From positions 5,302 through 69,301 of the forward strand of contig JAEYNQ010000267.1 of assembly GCA_023412455.1 (NCBI GenBank): 64,000 bases of DNA. The letters are read 5' to 3'. A program made the translations under genes and the position numbers. Numbering within the stretch: the stretch's first letter is position 1; every line of letters starts with the position of its first letter. Positions 1-9,920 of the stretch are shown here, in pieces. Below the pieces are notes generated by a model, which was given only the letters and a program-made list of their open reading frames with translations, was not told where the DNA came from and ran no database searches. The DNA comes from Bacillota bacterium (GTDB lineage: Bacteria; Bacillota; Clostridia; Lachnospirales; Cellulosilyticaceae).

Positions 1-531
1 CCTAAGTTAAATGGATTAGAGGTATGTAAAAGAGTAAGGCAAACGAAGACAACACCTATTATTATGCTGACAGCTAAGGCAGAAGAGATTGACAAGGTAT
101 TAGGGCTTGAATTAGGTGCAGATGACTACATTACCAAGCCCTTTGGTATACGGGAATTGATTGCTAGGGTAAAGGCTAATCTAAGACGTATGGTAATCAA
201 TAATGTGGCAAAAGAAGCAGAAAGTGAGCTACAAAACCTTGTAGAAGGCGATTTGACTATGGACTTGTCAAAATATGAGGTTTCTAAGAAGGGAACAGTC
301 ATAGAATTAACCCTAAGAGAATTTGAATTGCTGAAATTTTTGTGGCTTGAAAAAGGAAAGGTCTTCTCTAGAGAACAACTTCTAGAAAAGGTATGGGGTT
401 ATGAATACTATGGGGATGTAAGAACAGTAGATGTCACCGTAAGAAGGTTAAGAGAAAAAATAGAAGATGATGCTTCTAAGGCCGGGTATGTACTAACTAA
501 ACGGGGAATTGGCTATTATTTTAGAGGATAA
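1..531 (+). CDS. walR: OmpR/PhoB-family response regulator, WalR(YycF)-like; 5' end cut by window edge
   Basis: Frame 1 is open from base 1. The end of the receiver domain (LTAKAEEIDKVLGLELGADDYITKPF) and the winged-helix output (REFELLKFL...VWGYEYYGDVRTVDVTVRRLREKIEDD) follow the Bacillus WalR pattern. The kinase gene starts 4 nt downstream. Confidence 0.85.
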   Translation, partial: PKLNGLEVCKRVRQTKTTPIIMLTAKAEEIDKVLGLELGADDYITKPFGIRELIARVKANLRRMVINNVAKEAESELQNLVEGDLTMDLSKYEVSKKGTVIELTLREFELLKFLWLEKGKVFSREQLLEKVWGYEYYGDVRTVDVTVRRLREKIEDDASKAGYVLTKRGIGYYFRG

Positions 532-535
532 TTAA

Positions 536-2305
536 ATGAGAACAACCATACAGCTTAAAATTGTTATGATCTATTTATGTATTATCTTGATGATTATGAT
601 GGTAAGTGGAACTTTTATAGTCTATGATATCGAGAGGAAGGATTTTAGAGCCATCCAATCCAGTCTAGAGCAGTTGGCAAAAGAAATCGAGATTCGCTTA
701 AACTGGCAGGCAGATAATGCCATTAGTTCTAAGGATATTAAAGATAAAATGAGTAATATCATCAATGAGAATAGTTTTTATCTTCTAAGAGCCAATGGCC
801 AAGTAGAGCATGCCACAGGTGTAGAATGGGGGATAGGGGAATTTGTAGATTCGCCTGTTGTAATGGATGTGATTAGCAATAAAAGGCCTTCAGCAGAGAA
901 GCTGATTCCTTTTAGTACCACGAGCCTGCAAAAGAATTACATGGACTATGCCAGTCCTATCCTAGACCCTCAAACAAAAGAAATAGAAGCCATCATTTAT
1001 GTAACAGCTAGTACAAAGCAAATCTACAGTAATATGGTGGACGTTATGAAGACCATAGCTCTGGGTTCTTTAGTAGCCATGTGTATCACCGGAGTTTTTG
1101 GAATATCCTTTTCTAGGATGATTACATCACCTATTAAGAAGCTGACCCTAAATGCTAGAAGGTTAGCAGCAGGAGATGATATTAAGCGCATTCCTATCGA
1201 ATCAAAGGATGAGATTGGGGAACTCACCCAAACCTTTAACTATATGGCGAGTCAATTGAGTAATACCATGGAAACCATCAGTAGCGAGAAAAACAAGCTA
1301 GAAAAAATATTTGAACATATGGCAGACGGAGTTATGGCCTTTAACCGCACGGGAGTACTCATCCATGCTAATTCTGTATGTTATGATTTAGTAGGTGTGC
1401 TTAATATGGACCACCGTTTTGACCTGATTTTTTCTAAACTAGGGGTGGAGGTTTCCTTTGACCAGTTAGTAGAGGGCAAAGAGCCTTTTAAATCCGAAGA
1501 ATTATTACAGATTAATGATCGCTATTTGACCATGCATTTTGCACCTTATGCCAATGCAAAAGGTGAAGCAGAAGGGTTAGTAGTGGTTATGCAAGATGTA
1601 ACAAAGCAGCAGAAGCTCGATCAAATGCGAAAAGAATTTGTAGCTAATGTTTCTCACGAGTTGCGAACCCCTCTTACCACTCTTAAAAGTTATACGGAGA
1701 CTCTTTTAGAAGGGGCTCTAGATGAGCGAGAAATTGCTATGAATTTTTTGGGTGTCATGAATAAAGAAACAGACCGCATGACAACACTTGTACAAGATTT
1801 ACTGGAGTTATCCCGCATTGACAACAAGCAAATTCAATTAAACTTTAAGCCTGTTAATTTAAAACAGCTCCTTGAAGATACCATTGAGGCACAAAAAATA
1901 CATATGGAGAAGAAGGGGCATAAGTTTATTTATGAAGTAGAAGAAAAGCATTTGTATTTGGTATTAGGTGATGAGGTGCGTATTAAACAGATTTTGCACA
2001 ATATTTTGTCAAATGCTATTAAATATAGTATCGATCCAGGCTTGATAAAGGTAAGGCTTGAAGCCAGAGAAGAGATTTGTCTGGAGATTGCCGATACAGG
2101 CATAGGCATCCCGAAAGAAGACCTGGAACGTGTTTTTGAAAGGTTTTACAGAGTGGATAAAGCACGCTCTCGTAAAATGGGAGGAACAGGTCTTGGCTTA
2201 GCCATTGCAAAGGATCTTATGGAGCTTCATGGTGGGCGCATCGAAATAAAGAGTAAATTAGGCAAGGGCACAAGTGTAAGGTTGTACTTCAAATCTTATA
2301 TTTAA
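536..2305 (+). CDS. walK: Sensor histidine kinase, WalK(YycG)-like (2 TM, ~150-aa extracytoplasmic loop, HAMP, PAS, HisKA, HATPase)
   Basis: It has an N-terminal TM, a second TM followed by a HAMP-like SPIKKLTLNARRLAAGD, the H-box FVANVSHELRTPLT, an N-box LSNAIKYS, and G-boxes DTGIGIP and GGTGLGLAI. An RBS (AGAGGA) lies 8 nt upstream, and the gene is coupled to walR. Confidence 0.82.
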   Translation: MRTTIQLKIVMIYLCIILMIMMVSGTFIVYDIERKDFRAIQSSLEQLAKEIEIRLNWQADNAISSKDIKDKMSNIINENSFYLLRANGQVEHATGVEWGIGEFVDSPVVMDVISNKRPSAEKLIPFSTTSLQKNYMDYASPILDPQTKEIEAIIYVTASTKQIYSNMVDVMKTIALGSLVAMCITGVFGISFSRMITSPIKKLTLNARRLAAGDDIKRIPIESKDEIGELTQTFNYMASQLSNTMETISSEKNKLEKIFEHMADGVMAFNRTGVLIHANSVCYDLVGVLNMDHRFDLIFSKLGVEVSFDQLVEGKEPFKSEELLQINDRYLTMHFAPYANAKGEAEGLVVVMQDVTKQQKLDQMRKEFVANVSHELRTPLTTLKSYTETLLEGALDEREIAMNFLGVMNKETDRMTTLVQDLLELSRIDNKQIQLNFKPVNLKQLLEDTIEAQKIHMEKKGHKFIYEVEEKHLYLVLGDEVRIKQILHNILSNAIKYSIDPGLIKVRLEAREEICLEIADTGIGIPKEDLERVFERFYRVDKARSRKMGGTGLGLAIAKDLMELHGGRIEIKSKLGKGTSVRLYFKSYI

Positions 2306-2425
2306 AGGCTTTATAGCCATTTGAATGTAAAAAAAAAGATACTACGATGTAATGTGTTTGTAATATTAATAAGCTATAATAACACTGTAAGATATTATAA
2401 TTTGCAGAAAGGGGGATTCGCAGCT

Positions 2426-2965
2426 ATGAAAGCCTTAAATAAAGCTATTTTAGTATTTGCCTTTGTTTGTATAGGTTTATTTAGTCAAACAATTTATGCG
2501 AATGATACAATAGCTACTGGTTCTAATCTTAATGTAGTAGTAGAAAAGAGTGAAGATGAAAAGACAGTTAATCTTACAAGCGAAGACTCCTCTATTCGTA
2601 TTACATTAGATGCTAAGAAATACTATGATTTTTGTACTTTTGAAGCACAGCTTAATTTAGAAGGTAGTGCAAAAGAAGGGACGAATATTATCATTAAAGT
2701 GAATAATATTAGCAAGGATAAAAATAGACTTGTTTTAGATAGCAAAGAGTACAAGGTAGCAACCGTTGGTAGTACCACTAGTTTTAATCAACTTATTGAG
2801 CTTTTTGATGGTAAGAATGAAATTAATTTGACTTATACCCATGAAAAAGATAAGAAGATTCAAGGAAACATGATTTTTGTTATTGAGAAGTTCACTGAAT
2901 CAGATAAGAATAAAATTTTAGAACTACCTAAACCAGGAACAAATGCATTAAATAATTTAAAGTAA
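2426..2965 (+). CDS. Exported hypothetical protein (Sec signal peptide, beta-rich), encoded between walK and the YycH-like gene
   Basis: The ATG at 2426 follows a GGGGGA RBS. The N-terminus MKALNKAILVFAFVCIGLFSQTIYA-ND looks like a cleavable signal peptide. The track's longer ORF from 2321 adds 35 aa with no RBS. I recognise no family motif. Confidence 0.55.
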   Translation: MKALNKAILVFAFVCIGLFSQTIYANDTIATGSNLNVVVEKSEDEKTVNLTSEDSSIRITLDAKKYYDFCTFEAQLNLEGSAKEGTNIIIKVNNISKDKNRLVLDSKEYKVATVGSTTSFNQLIELFDGKNEINLTYTHEKDKKIQGNMIFVIEKFTESDKNKILELPKPGTNALNNLK

Positions 2966-2980
2966 TAGAATGGTGATGGC

Positions 2981-4348
2981 ATGAAAGAGCGCGTTGTAAA
3001 GATTAGTATACTCATAGCACTCATTATATTATGTATGATACAGATAGCAATATTGTGGCTTGGCGATATGTCAAGCCCTAATTTTTTAGATACAAAGACG
3101 GTAACAACAGAAGAAATAGGGATACGCCCTAAAAACATATGGGTTAACTTAGCTTTAGGTTATAAAATAAGCGAAAATAATAGAGAATATGATTATCTGA
3201 TTCATGAACTCTTTAGTGAAGTGAGAAGTCAGAAGAGAGCCCTTAAGTTTGTGGCAGAAAAAGAATTAAGCTATGCAGATTTAACAGGAAAGCAAGGCAT
3301 TCTCTACGAGTATGCTGTTCCACTCACCCTTGAAGAGATTATAGGAAGTAAAATTCCTAAATATGATGGGCAGATAGTAGTTGAGCAACTTTTTGTGGAT
3401 TTAAGTAGTAATAACGAAAATAAGGTGGTCCTGTATCTTATTGCAGCTAAGGGAGATAAGCTCCATAAGGCTATTTTGTATACGAGCTTAATGGGGCACT
3501 CAAAGGTAATGTCTAGTCTGAGTAGGGATGAAGAAGCTAAGAAATGGACATCTTATCAACCGAGTATTACCTCTCTTAGACGTCATGGGAATGTGGAGGG
3601 TAATGTATTCTTGCCTGAGATTAGTGAGGCTAAACCGCTAACTTATCAGAAGTTGATGATTACTAATACCTTAGAAGCTATAGAGAAGGAAGATAAGATC
3701 GACTTACTAGAAGAGTATGTCACCTCTTTTTTTACTAATCCACTATTGAAACAAATAGATGAAAAATCAGATGGTACCATTATCTTTAGTGAGAATCTAA
3801 GAGCCATTGTGAAGTATAACCCTATAGGAACAATGGAGTTTAATATTTTAGCCCCCGATGAAGAGAATAAGCTTACCAAATTTGAACGTCTCCAAAAAGT
3901 AAAGCAGTTTATTAATTCTTGTACAGCCATCCCTGAATACCTTAAAAAGGGGCTTTATCTAGCCGGAGTAAGGCGACAAGAAGGCCAGGAATACATTTAT
4001 CACTTTAACTATAAGTACAATGGTTTTCAGATCCACATGAAGGAAGAAGTTAAGAAACAACTGGGGCTTGATAGTGCTTTGGAACTTACTATAAAAAATA
4101 ATCAGGTCATTAAGGGAAAATGGATTCTTTTAGATATAAAACCAGTAGAGCATCAGGGAAGTGCTACAGAGGATATAACAAGAAGTTATTCAGAGATTTT
4201 TGACGCCATGAATAACATGGGAGTGAATAAAGGGACAGGGACCCTGAAGCTGAGTAATCTAGAATGTAGTTACATTGTTAACCAACTAGAAAGTGATTTA
4301 AAATTTGATTGGTTAGTGACCTATGGAAACATGTTGTACTATCCTTAG
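2981..4348 (+). CDS. Membrane-anchored extracytoplasmic protein, YycH-like (putative WalK activity regulator)
   Basis: It is 455 aa with a single N-terminal TM (ISILIALIILCMIQIAILWLG) followed by a large exported domain. It lies downstream of walRK, in the position of Bacillus yycH, which is also ~455 aa. The assignment rests on architecture and position, not on a verified alignment. Confidence 0.45.
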   Translation: MKERVVKISILIALIILCMIQIAILWLGDMSSPNFLDTKTVTTEEIGIRPKNIWVNLALGYKISENNREYDYLIHELFSEVRSQKRALKFVAEKELSYADLTGKQGILYEYAVPLTLEEIIGSKIPKYDGQIVVEQLFVDLSSNNENKVVLYLIAAKGDKLHKAILYTSLMGHSKVMSSLSRDEEAKKWTSYQPSITSLRRHGNVEGNVFLPEISEAKPLTYQKLMITNTLEAIEKEDKIDLLEEYVTSFFTNPLLKQIDEKSDGTIIFSENLRAIVKYNPIGTMEFNILAPDEENKLTKFERLQKVKQFINSCTAIPEYLKKGLYLAGVRRQEGQEYIYHFNYKYNGFQIHMKEEVKKQLGLDSALELTIKNNQVIKGKWILLDIKPVEHQGSATEDITRSYSEIFDAMNNMGVNKGTGTLKLSNLECSYIVNQLESDLKFDWLVTYGNMLYYP

Positions 4349-4353
4349 AGAAA

Positions 4354-4394
4354 AATTGACAAAGATGAAAAACTTCACTTTGTCAATTTTTTTT
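4354..4394 (+). terminator. Rho-independent terminator-like hairpin
   Basis: AATTGACAAAG (4354-4364) pairs with CTTTGTCAATT (4378-4388) and is followed by a T-run. Confidence 0.6.
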
Positions 4395-4429
4395 GTTATA
4401 TTTAAATAAGAATAGAAAGGGAGAAAAAG

Positions 4430-5332
4430 ATGAATGGAGCAAAGGTACTCAATCGATTAATACAATTATTTATCCTATTTAATTTCATTTTATTTGCTAT
4501 GAATTTTGCTAAGAATACCAATACTTATTTGCTCACAAAGCAACGAATCCAAAATATCCAAAAAATTTCAGAAAGCAAAGGAATTATTTTAGAAGAACCA
4601 TTGCCCAGAGCCTATACACCCAAGAAGTCAGGGAGTATACTAGGAATAGAGATGAATTCGGAAGAAAGTATTAGGTTAGCCCAAAAACTTTTAAATAGTC
4701 ATTTAGGAGACTTAACCATTTCCACAGAGATAGATACTTCTCCTTCTGCAGAGGACAAGGAAAACCGTACTTATTCAAATGGTAAAGAGAAGCTTACTGT
4801 GAAGAATAATGAAGTTATTTATACATCACTAAACACAGAAAAAAAGTATAAAGAAATGAATGCAGCACGAGCAAGGCGCTTATGCCAGGATTTTATTAGT
4901 AACGCAGACTTCGGGAGTAAATTTTCAAAGCAACATATTGAAGAGCGAACAGTTGGTGATGGTATTGAACTCACTTATTATGCAGACTTTGAGGGGTATC
5001 CTCTATTTAATAGCTATATTCGTTTCAGGGTAGGTAAAGAAGGGATAAGAGAAGCAACTATTCATATGGTCCATATAGATACCAATGTAGGGGATAAAGG
5101 AAATATTTATCCTATTGATCTCGTGCTCTTTGGTATTGAAGAAGAGATTCCTGTAGAATGTAGTCCAGAAAGTCCTTTGTATATTACAGAAATAACCTTA
5201 GGTTATTATACCTTAACCACAGAAGGAATGCGTATTTTAGCTGAAGAAATTGTGCCTACATATAAGATTACGGTAAAAGGTTTAGAGAAACCACTATTTG
5301 TTAATGCTTATACCAATAAATTCATTAAATAA
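4430..5332 (+). CDS. Membrane-anchored extracytoplasmic protein, YycI-like
   Basis: It is 300 aa with an N-terminal TM (LIQLFILFNFILFAMNF) typical of YycI-family N-termini. It sits directly after the YycH-like gene and has the RBS GGGAGA. The assignment rests on architecture and position. Confidence 0.4.
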   Translation: MNGAKVLNRLIQLFILFNFILFAMNFAKNTNTYLLTKQRIQNIQKISESKGIILEEPLPRAYTPKKSGSILGIEMNSEESIRLAQKLLNSHLGDLTISTEIDTSPSAEDKENRTYSNGKEKLTVKNNEVIYTSLNTEKKYKEMNAARARRLCQDFISNADFGSKFSKQHIEERTVGDGIELTYYADFEGYPLFNSYIRFRVGKEGIREATIHMVHIDTNVGDKGNIYPIDLVLFGIEEEIPVECSPESPLYITEITLGYYTLTTEGMRILAEEIVPTYKITVKGLEKPLFVNAYTNKFIK

Positions 5333-5411
5333 AACTTTTTATTTCCTGTAAATGATGTTATAATAAACTTTGTGTAATTGATTATTACAGGAATGAAATA
5401 AAACTTAAGAG

Positions 5412-6677
5412 GTGTTAAGGTTGAGCGAGTTATGTATACGAGGTGGTAATCGCCTAGTAGGAGAAGTGACCATAAATGGAGCTAAAAATGCAGCCGTTGC
5501 GATTTTGCCTGCAGCACTTTTAGTAGATGGGCTATGTGAAATTGAAAATTTACCTTATATAGATGACGTTGTAAAGATTAAGGATGCTATGGAAGAGCTT
5601 GGTGCAGTTACAAGCTTTATTGATGACCATACACTTAAGGTTGATGCATCCACCCTATATAACCATGAAGCAACTAAAGATTATATAGGAAATATTAGAG
5701 CTTCCTATTATCTCTTAGGTGCACTTTTGGGTAGATTTAAGAAGGCAGAAGTCTGTATGCCAGGGGGATGTAATTTTGGTGTAAGGCCTATTGATCAGCA
5801 CATTAAAGGTTTTGAAGCTTTAGGTGCCAAAGTAATTGTAGAAAATGGAATGATTAAAGCCTATGCAGAACGTCTTATTGGAACAAAGATCTATTTAGAT
5901 GTAGTAAGTGTAGGTGCAACCATTAATATTATGCTAGCTGCCGTTCTGGCAGAAGGCACTACTATTATTGAGAATGCTGCTAAAGAACCTCATGTAGTAG
6001 ATGTAGCCAATTTCCTTAATATGATGGGAGCAGAAGTAAAAGGAGCAGGTACGGATGTGATTCGTATCAAGGGTGTAGAAAAGCTCATGGGTGGCAAATA
6101 TTCTACAATCCCTGATCAGATAGAAGCAGGAACCTATATGATAGCAGCAGCTATTACTGGTGGAGATGTGTATGTACGCAATATTATACCAGAGCATATG
6201 TACTCCGTTAGTCTTAAAATGATGGAAATGGGCATTGAGATAGAGGAAGGTGATGATTATGTGCGCGTTGTTGCACCGAGTGATTTACGTGCAACCAATG
6301 TAAAGACTTTACCTCATCCAGGTTTCCCAACAGATTTACAACCTCAGATGGTGGCTTTATTAAGTGTAGCAAATGGGACAAGTACAGTGATAGAAGGCGT
6401 ATGGGATAATCGATTTCAATATATTGACCAATTGAAACGGACGGGTGCTAAGATTAAGGTAGATGGTCGTATGGCAGTAGTAGAAGGTGCCACCAAGTTA
6501 AGTGGTGCTAAGGTAACAGCTACAGATTTGAGAGCTGGTGCTGCCCTTGTTATTGCAGCCCTTCGTGCAGAAGGAGAGACCATTATTAAGAATATTAAAT
6601 ACATTGACCGTGGCTATGAAGCTATTGAGAATAAACTAGCAGCCTTAGGCGCTGATATTACAAGAAGAGCTGATTAA
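5412..6677 (+). CDS. murA: UDP-N-acetylglucosamine 1-carboxyvinyltransferase
   Basis: The N-terminus reads IRGGNRLVGEVTINGAKNAAVAILPAALL and the active-site region reads PGGCNFGVRPIDQH. It is 421 aa with a GTG start, and a TGTTATAAT extended -10 lies upstream at about 5357-5365. Confidence 0.9.
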   Translation: MLRLSELCIRGGNRLVGEVTINGAKNAAVAILPAALLVDGLCEIENLPYIDDVVKIKDAMEELGAVTSFIDDHTLKVDASTLYNHEATKDYIGNIRASYYLLGALLGRFKKAEVCMPGGCNFGVRPIDQHIKGFEALGAKVIVENGMIKAYAERLIGTKIYLDVVSVGATINIMLAAVLAEGTTIIENAAKEPHVVDVANFLNMMGAEVKGAGTDVIRIKGVEKLMGGKYSTIPDQIEAGTYMIAAAITGGDVYVRNIIPEHMYSVSLKMMEMGIEIEEGDDYVRVVAPSDLRATNVKTLPHPGFPTDLQPQMVALLSVANGTSTVIEGVWDNRFQYIDQLKRTGAKIKVDGRMAVVEGATKLSGAKVTATDLRAGAALVIAALRAEGETIIKNIKYIDRGYEAIENKLAALGADITRRAD

Positions 6678-6698
6678 TAAGTAATCAGCTCTTTTTTT
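6666..6698 (+). terminator. Rho-independent terminator after murA (between convergent murA and asnB)
   Basis: AGAGCTGATTA and TAATCAGCTCT form an 11-bp stem with a 5-nt loop, followed by TTTTTTT. Confidence 0.75.
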
Positions 6699-6732
6699 GT
6701 GGAGTGTTGAAAGGAGGGGGACGTCCCTACTA

Positions 6733-8574
6733 TTAGGCACGAAAGGCCACGTGATAAGTTTCTAGCCAGATATTTAGTTGTACCAGATAGGCAATTAACT
6801 GGGGGCCGGTCATTAACTGACCAAACCAAGGATTCTTATAGGCGGTCCCCTTACTAGCTACAAGTTCCTTTATAAAGGGAACATTAACATAGTCAAGGAG
6901 AGGGGCGTGGGGATCTTCTACAATGCCCTGAAGCATGTTGCAAACCAAGGTAGTATAAACAGGATGATGTGTCTTAGGGTAAGGGCTTTTTTTACGATAA
7001 ATAATATCTTTAGGTAAGGTGCCTTCTAGACATTTGCGTAATAACCCTTTTTCACGTCCCTGGTAAAATTTATAGGCATTAGGTAGGTTGAAGGCATACT
7101 CTACTAAGCGATAGTCTGCAAAGGGGACACGTACTTCCAAGCTATTGGACATACTCATACGGTCCTTGCGATTGAGGAGATTGACCATGAACCATTTTAG
7201 ATTCAGATAAAAAAGCTCGCGCATACGATAGGTTTGGGCGTCTTCTCCTTCTAAATGGGGGACTTTGGTAAGACTTTCTCTATAAGCGCTCTGTACACAT
7301 TCTGTAATAGGAAGTTTATGAAAGGCTGGAGAAAGGATGGTTTTTCTATCTTCTATGAAGTTGGACCAAGGGAAGGTATCAAGTCCCATAAGTTCAGGAC
7401 GGGTATACCAAGGATAGCCACCTAATAGCTCGTCAGCACACTCTCCAGATAAGGCAATAACAAAGTCTTTACGAATTTCTCGGCAGAATAAAAAGAGAGA
7501 AGAGTCAATATCTGCCATACCAGGTAAATCTCTGGCTATAACAGCATCCTTGAGGGATAAAGCTAATTCTTCATGATTGATGGTATAGGTTTTGTGATGG
7601 CTTTCTAGAAATTTTGCCATTTCATTTGCCCAAAAAACATCGGAGGTAGGTTGATAGAGGTTGGCTTTAAAATACTTATCATTTTCCTCATAATCTAAGG
7701 AGTAAGTGGTAAGTAGTTTCCCTTTCTTTTTAAATTCCATAGCAGCTATGGCTGAAATAGCAGAAGAATCTAGTCCACCTGAGAGAAAGGTACAGAGGGG
7801 AACATCCCCCACGAGCTGTCTTTCAATAGCATCCCTTAAGAGACTGTGTAGATGTTCGGCGGCTTCATCTAGTGTTTCCGTGTTTTGTTCAGCTTTGAGT
7901 GTCCAATATTCTTTTTCAGTGATGCCTTGGGGGGTAACTAGCATAAAGTAAGCCGGAGGTACTTCCTTAATTTCCTTAAAAATAGAGCTGCCAGGCTTAA
8001 CTGCAGGGCCCAGTGCAAAGAGTTCGGTAAGGGAACTCTCATTAATAGTAGGCCTTACTTGAGGGTGAGCAAGGAGAGTTTTGATCTCCGAGCCAAAGAT
8101 AAAGGTAGAGCCTTTGATACTATAAAAGAGAGGCTTGACACCTAAGGGGTCTCTAACCAGTAGTACCCGCTTCAAAGCTTCATCATAGAGGGCAAAGGCA
8201 AAAATACCATTTAATTTACGGAGGCAATCAATCCCCCAACACATGTAGGCTGTAAGTAGGACTTCTGTATCTGAATAACCATCAAAGGTAAAATCCAGTG
8301 CTAAAAGCTCCTTGCGCAAATCCTCTGTATTATAAAGTTCCCCATTATAGATAAGGGTGTAAGAAAAACCGTTTAAAGTTTTTGTCATAGGTTGCTTGCC
8401 ACCTTCAGGATCCACGACTATTAATCTTCTGTGACCAAAAAGAATATGAGGGTAAGTACTATAACCCAAGCTATCTGGCCCACGGAGCTTCAGGGTATCT
8501 ACCATGGCTTCTAAAATGGGCTTTTGAGAAAGGAGTATTTGGGTAAAGTCAACAATACCAGCAAAACCACACAT
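6733..8574 (-). CDS. asnB: Asparagine synthase (glutamine-hydrolysing)
   Basis: The true start is most likely the Met of MCGFAGIV (Ntn catalytic Cys2), 23 codons inside the track ORF. The protein has the PP-loop SGGLDSS and is about 613 aa. Confidence 0.9.
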   Translation of the reverse strand: MCGFAGIVDFTQILLSQKPILEAMVDTLKLRGPDSLGYSTYPHILFGHRRLIVVDPEGGKQPMTKTLNGFSYTLIYNGELYNTEDLRKELLALDFTFDGYSDTEVLLTAYMCWGIDCLRKLNGIFAFALYDEALKRVLLVRDPLGVKPLFYSIKGSTFIFGSEIKTLLAHPQVRPTINESSLTELFALGPAVKPGSSIFKEIKEVPPAYFMLVTPQGITEKEYWTLKAEQNTETLDEAAEHLHSLLRDAIERQLVGDVPLCTFLSGGLDSSAISAIAAMEFKKKGKLLTTYSLDYEENDKYFKANLYQPTSDVFWANEMAKFLESHHKTYTINHEELALSLKDAVIARDLPGMADIDSSLFLFCREIRKDFVIALSGECADELLGGYPWYTRPELMGLDTFPWSNFIEDRKTILSPAFHKLPITECVQSAYRESLTKVPHLEGEDAQTYRMRELFYLNLKWFMVNLLNRKDRMSMSNSLEVRVPFADYRLVEYAFNLPNAYKFYQGREKGLLRKCLEGTLPKDIIYRKKSPYPKTHHPVYTTLVCNMLQGIVEDPHAPLLDYVNVPFIKELVASKGTAYKNPWFGQLMTGPQLIAYLVQLNIWLETYHVAFRA

Positions 8575-8774
8575 AAGAGTCACCTTCTTTACATAAATTG
8601 AAAGGGTCCAAAGCTTTATCAAGAGATAAAACTTAGACCCCATTGTCTAAAATACATATATATCCATCTATGTATTATATATTAATGAAGATGATTTATT
8701 GTTACATATAAAATATTTATTTTTTTTGGATTGATATTGAAAAGTTTGATAAATAAATTTACAATAAAGGTAAG

Positions 8775-9845
8775 GTGTATAATGTCTTAGATAAGTCAAG
8801 AAGGAGAGTGGGTAATATAGATGAACAGAAAATAATCATACCTATAAGTAAATGTACGCCAGGTATGATTATACTCCAGCCTATAATAGATAAGGATACT
8901 GGCAATGTATTAGTGGGGGGACATCAAAGTTTAAGTGAAGAAGTTATCGGGCGCATTGGAAAATTTAAACATACAGAAATATGGATAAAGGCAGATGCTG
9001 AAAAACAGCTTTGGCAAGTTGACGAGAAAGTGAAGGTTAGCTATAAAAAGTACATCACCTTATTAAGGGAAATTATCGGTAATAAAGGTCCCGTTTTAGA
9101 TATACAAATTGAGGAAGTAGAAAACTTAGCTAAGTGTATAGTAGAAGAATTTGAATGCAAATTTGACTTACTCGCTTGCGTTAATCTCGTCAAGAAGATT
9201 GATAAGGATATTTATACCCATAGTATGAATGTGACTTTTTTGGCCCTATTTATTGGAAGATGGATAGGATGCCATACAGGACTTTTGAAAAATATAGCTT
9301 TGGCAGGACTATTACACGATATTGGTAAAATGGAAGCTGAGGTAAAAATAGCCAACGGGGCGAAGAAAAAATCTGCTATCATTCAGAGATTAGAGGAAAA
9401 AAGACATCCTATTTATGGCTATGAGAAACTCCTTGCTTTTAGCGAATTAGATAATGAAGTACTGGGCGCTGTCCTAGCTCATCATGAAAGGTGTGATGGA
9501 AGTGGATATCCTCTTCATCTCACCCAAGAACGCATTGGTGCAATTGGTAAGATTATAGGGCTTGCAGATGAGTATGAATTTTTGCGCAAAGACAAACATA
9601 TTTTCGAGGTAGTAAGGGTACTAAAAAATGAGAAAGTGAGACAGTTTGATAAGACAATGCTTTTAACGTTTTGTACCAATGTCATAAATTACTATATTGG
9701 TGCATCTGTTCTTTTGAGTACAGATGAGATTGCACAAGTTGCTTTTATTCAATCCCATGCGCTTCATAGGCCTATTGTAAAGATAGGTGAACGTTACATT
9801 AATCTTTATAAAGAAACTCAGATTGACATCCTTAAGGTCTTTTAG
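8775..9845 (+). CDS. HD-GYP domain phosphodiesterase (cyclic-dinucleotide hydrolase family)
   Basis: It carries the motifs HDIGK and HHERCDGSGYP. The N-terminal ~130 aa resemble the usual HD-GYP N-terminal module. The start codon is uncertain (GTG 8775 or a later codon). Confidence 0.8.
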   Translation: MYNVLDKSRRRVGNIDEQKIIIPISKCTPGMIILQPIIDKDTGNVLVGGHQSLSEEVIGRIGKFKHTEIWIKADAEKQLWQVDEKVKVSYKKYITLLREIIGNKGPVLDIQIEEVENLAKCIVEEFECKFDLLACVNLVKKIDKDIYTHSMNVTFLALFIGRWIGCHTGLLKNIALAGLLHDIGKMEAEVKIANGAKKKSAIIQRLEEKRHPIYGYEKLLAFSELDNEVLGAVLAHHERCDGSGYPLHLTQERIGAIGKIIGLADEYEFLRKDKHIFEVVRVLKNEKVRQFDKTMLLTFCTNVINYYIGASVLLSTDEIAQVAFIQSHALHRPIVKIGERYINLYKETQIDILKVF

Positions 9846-9891
9846 AAAGGACGTATTATTAATTTTGAAAGTTAATAATACGTCCTTTTTT
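9846..9891 (+). terminator. Rho-independent terminator
   Basis: A 17-bp stem (AAAGGACGTATTATTAA with TTAATAATACGTCCTTT) is followed by a T-run. Confidence 0.75.
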
Positions 9892-9920
9892 GGTTCACTG
9901 TTCTTAACGCCTACGCTATT

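Noticed and set aside
1024-2210. Minus-strand ORFs 1024-1227 and 2019-2210 inside walK
   Set aside because: They are antisense to a motif-rich kinase gene, lack an RBS and have no recognisable features. The same reasoning applies to 2860-3138, 3646-3930, 5934-6197, 6416-6604, 7706-7951, 13502-13756, 16399-16590, 19043-19375 and 19080-19265.
8575-8643. N-terminal extensions proposed by the track (asnB 8575-8643, 2321-2425, 36639-36680, 30543-30560, 10308-10355)
   Set aside because: In each case an internal Met has a proper RBS and gives the family-typical N-terminus: MCGFAG for the Ntn amidotransferase, a signal peptide, the HMA domain, MIAIASDHGG, and MKMLLE after AGGAGG.
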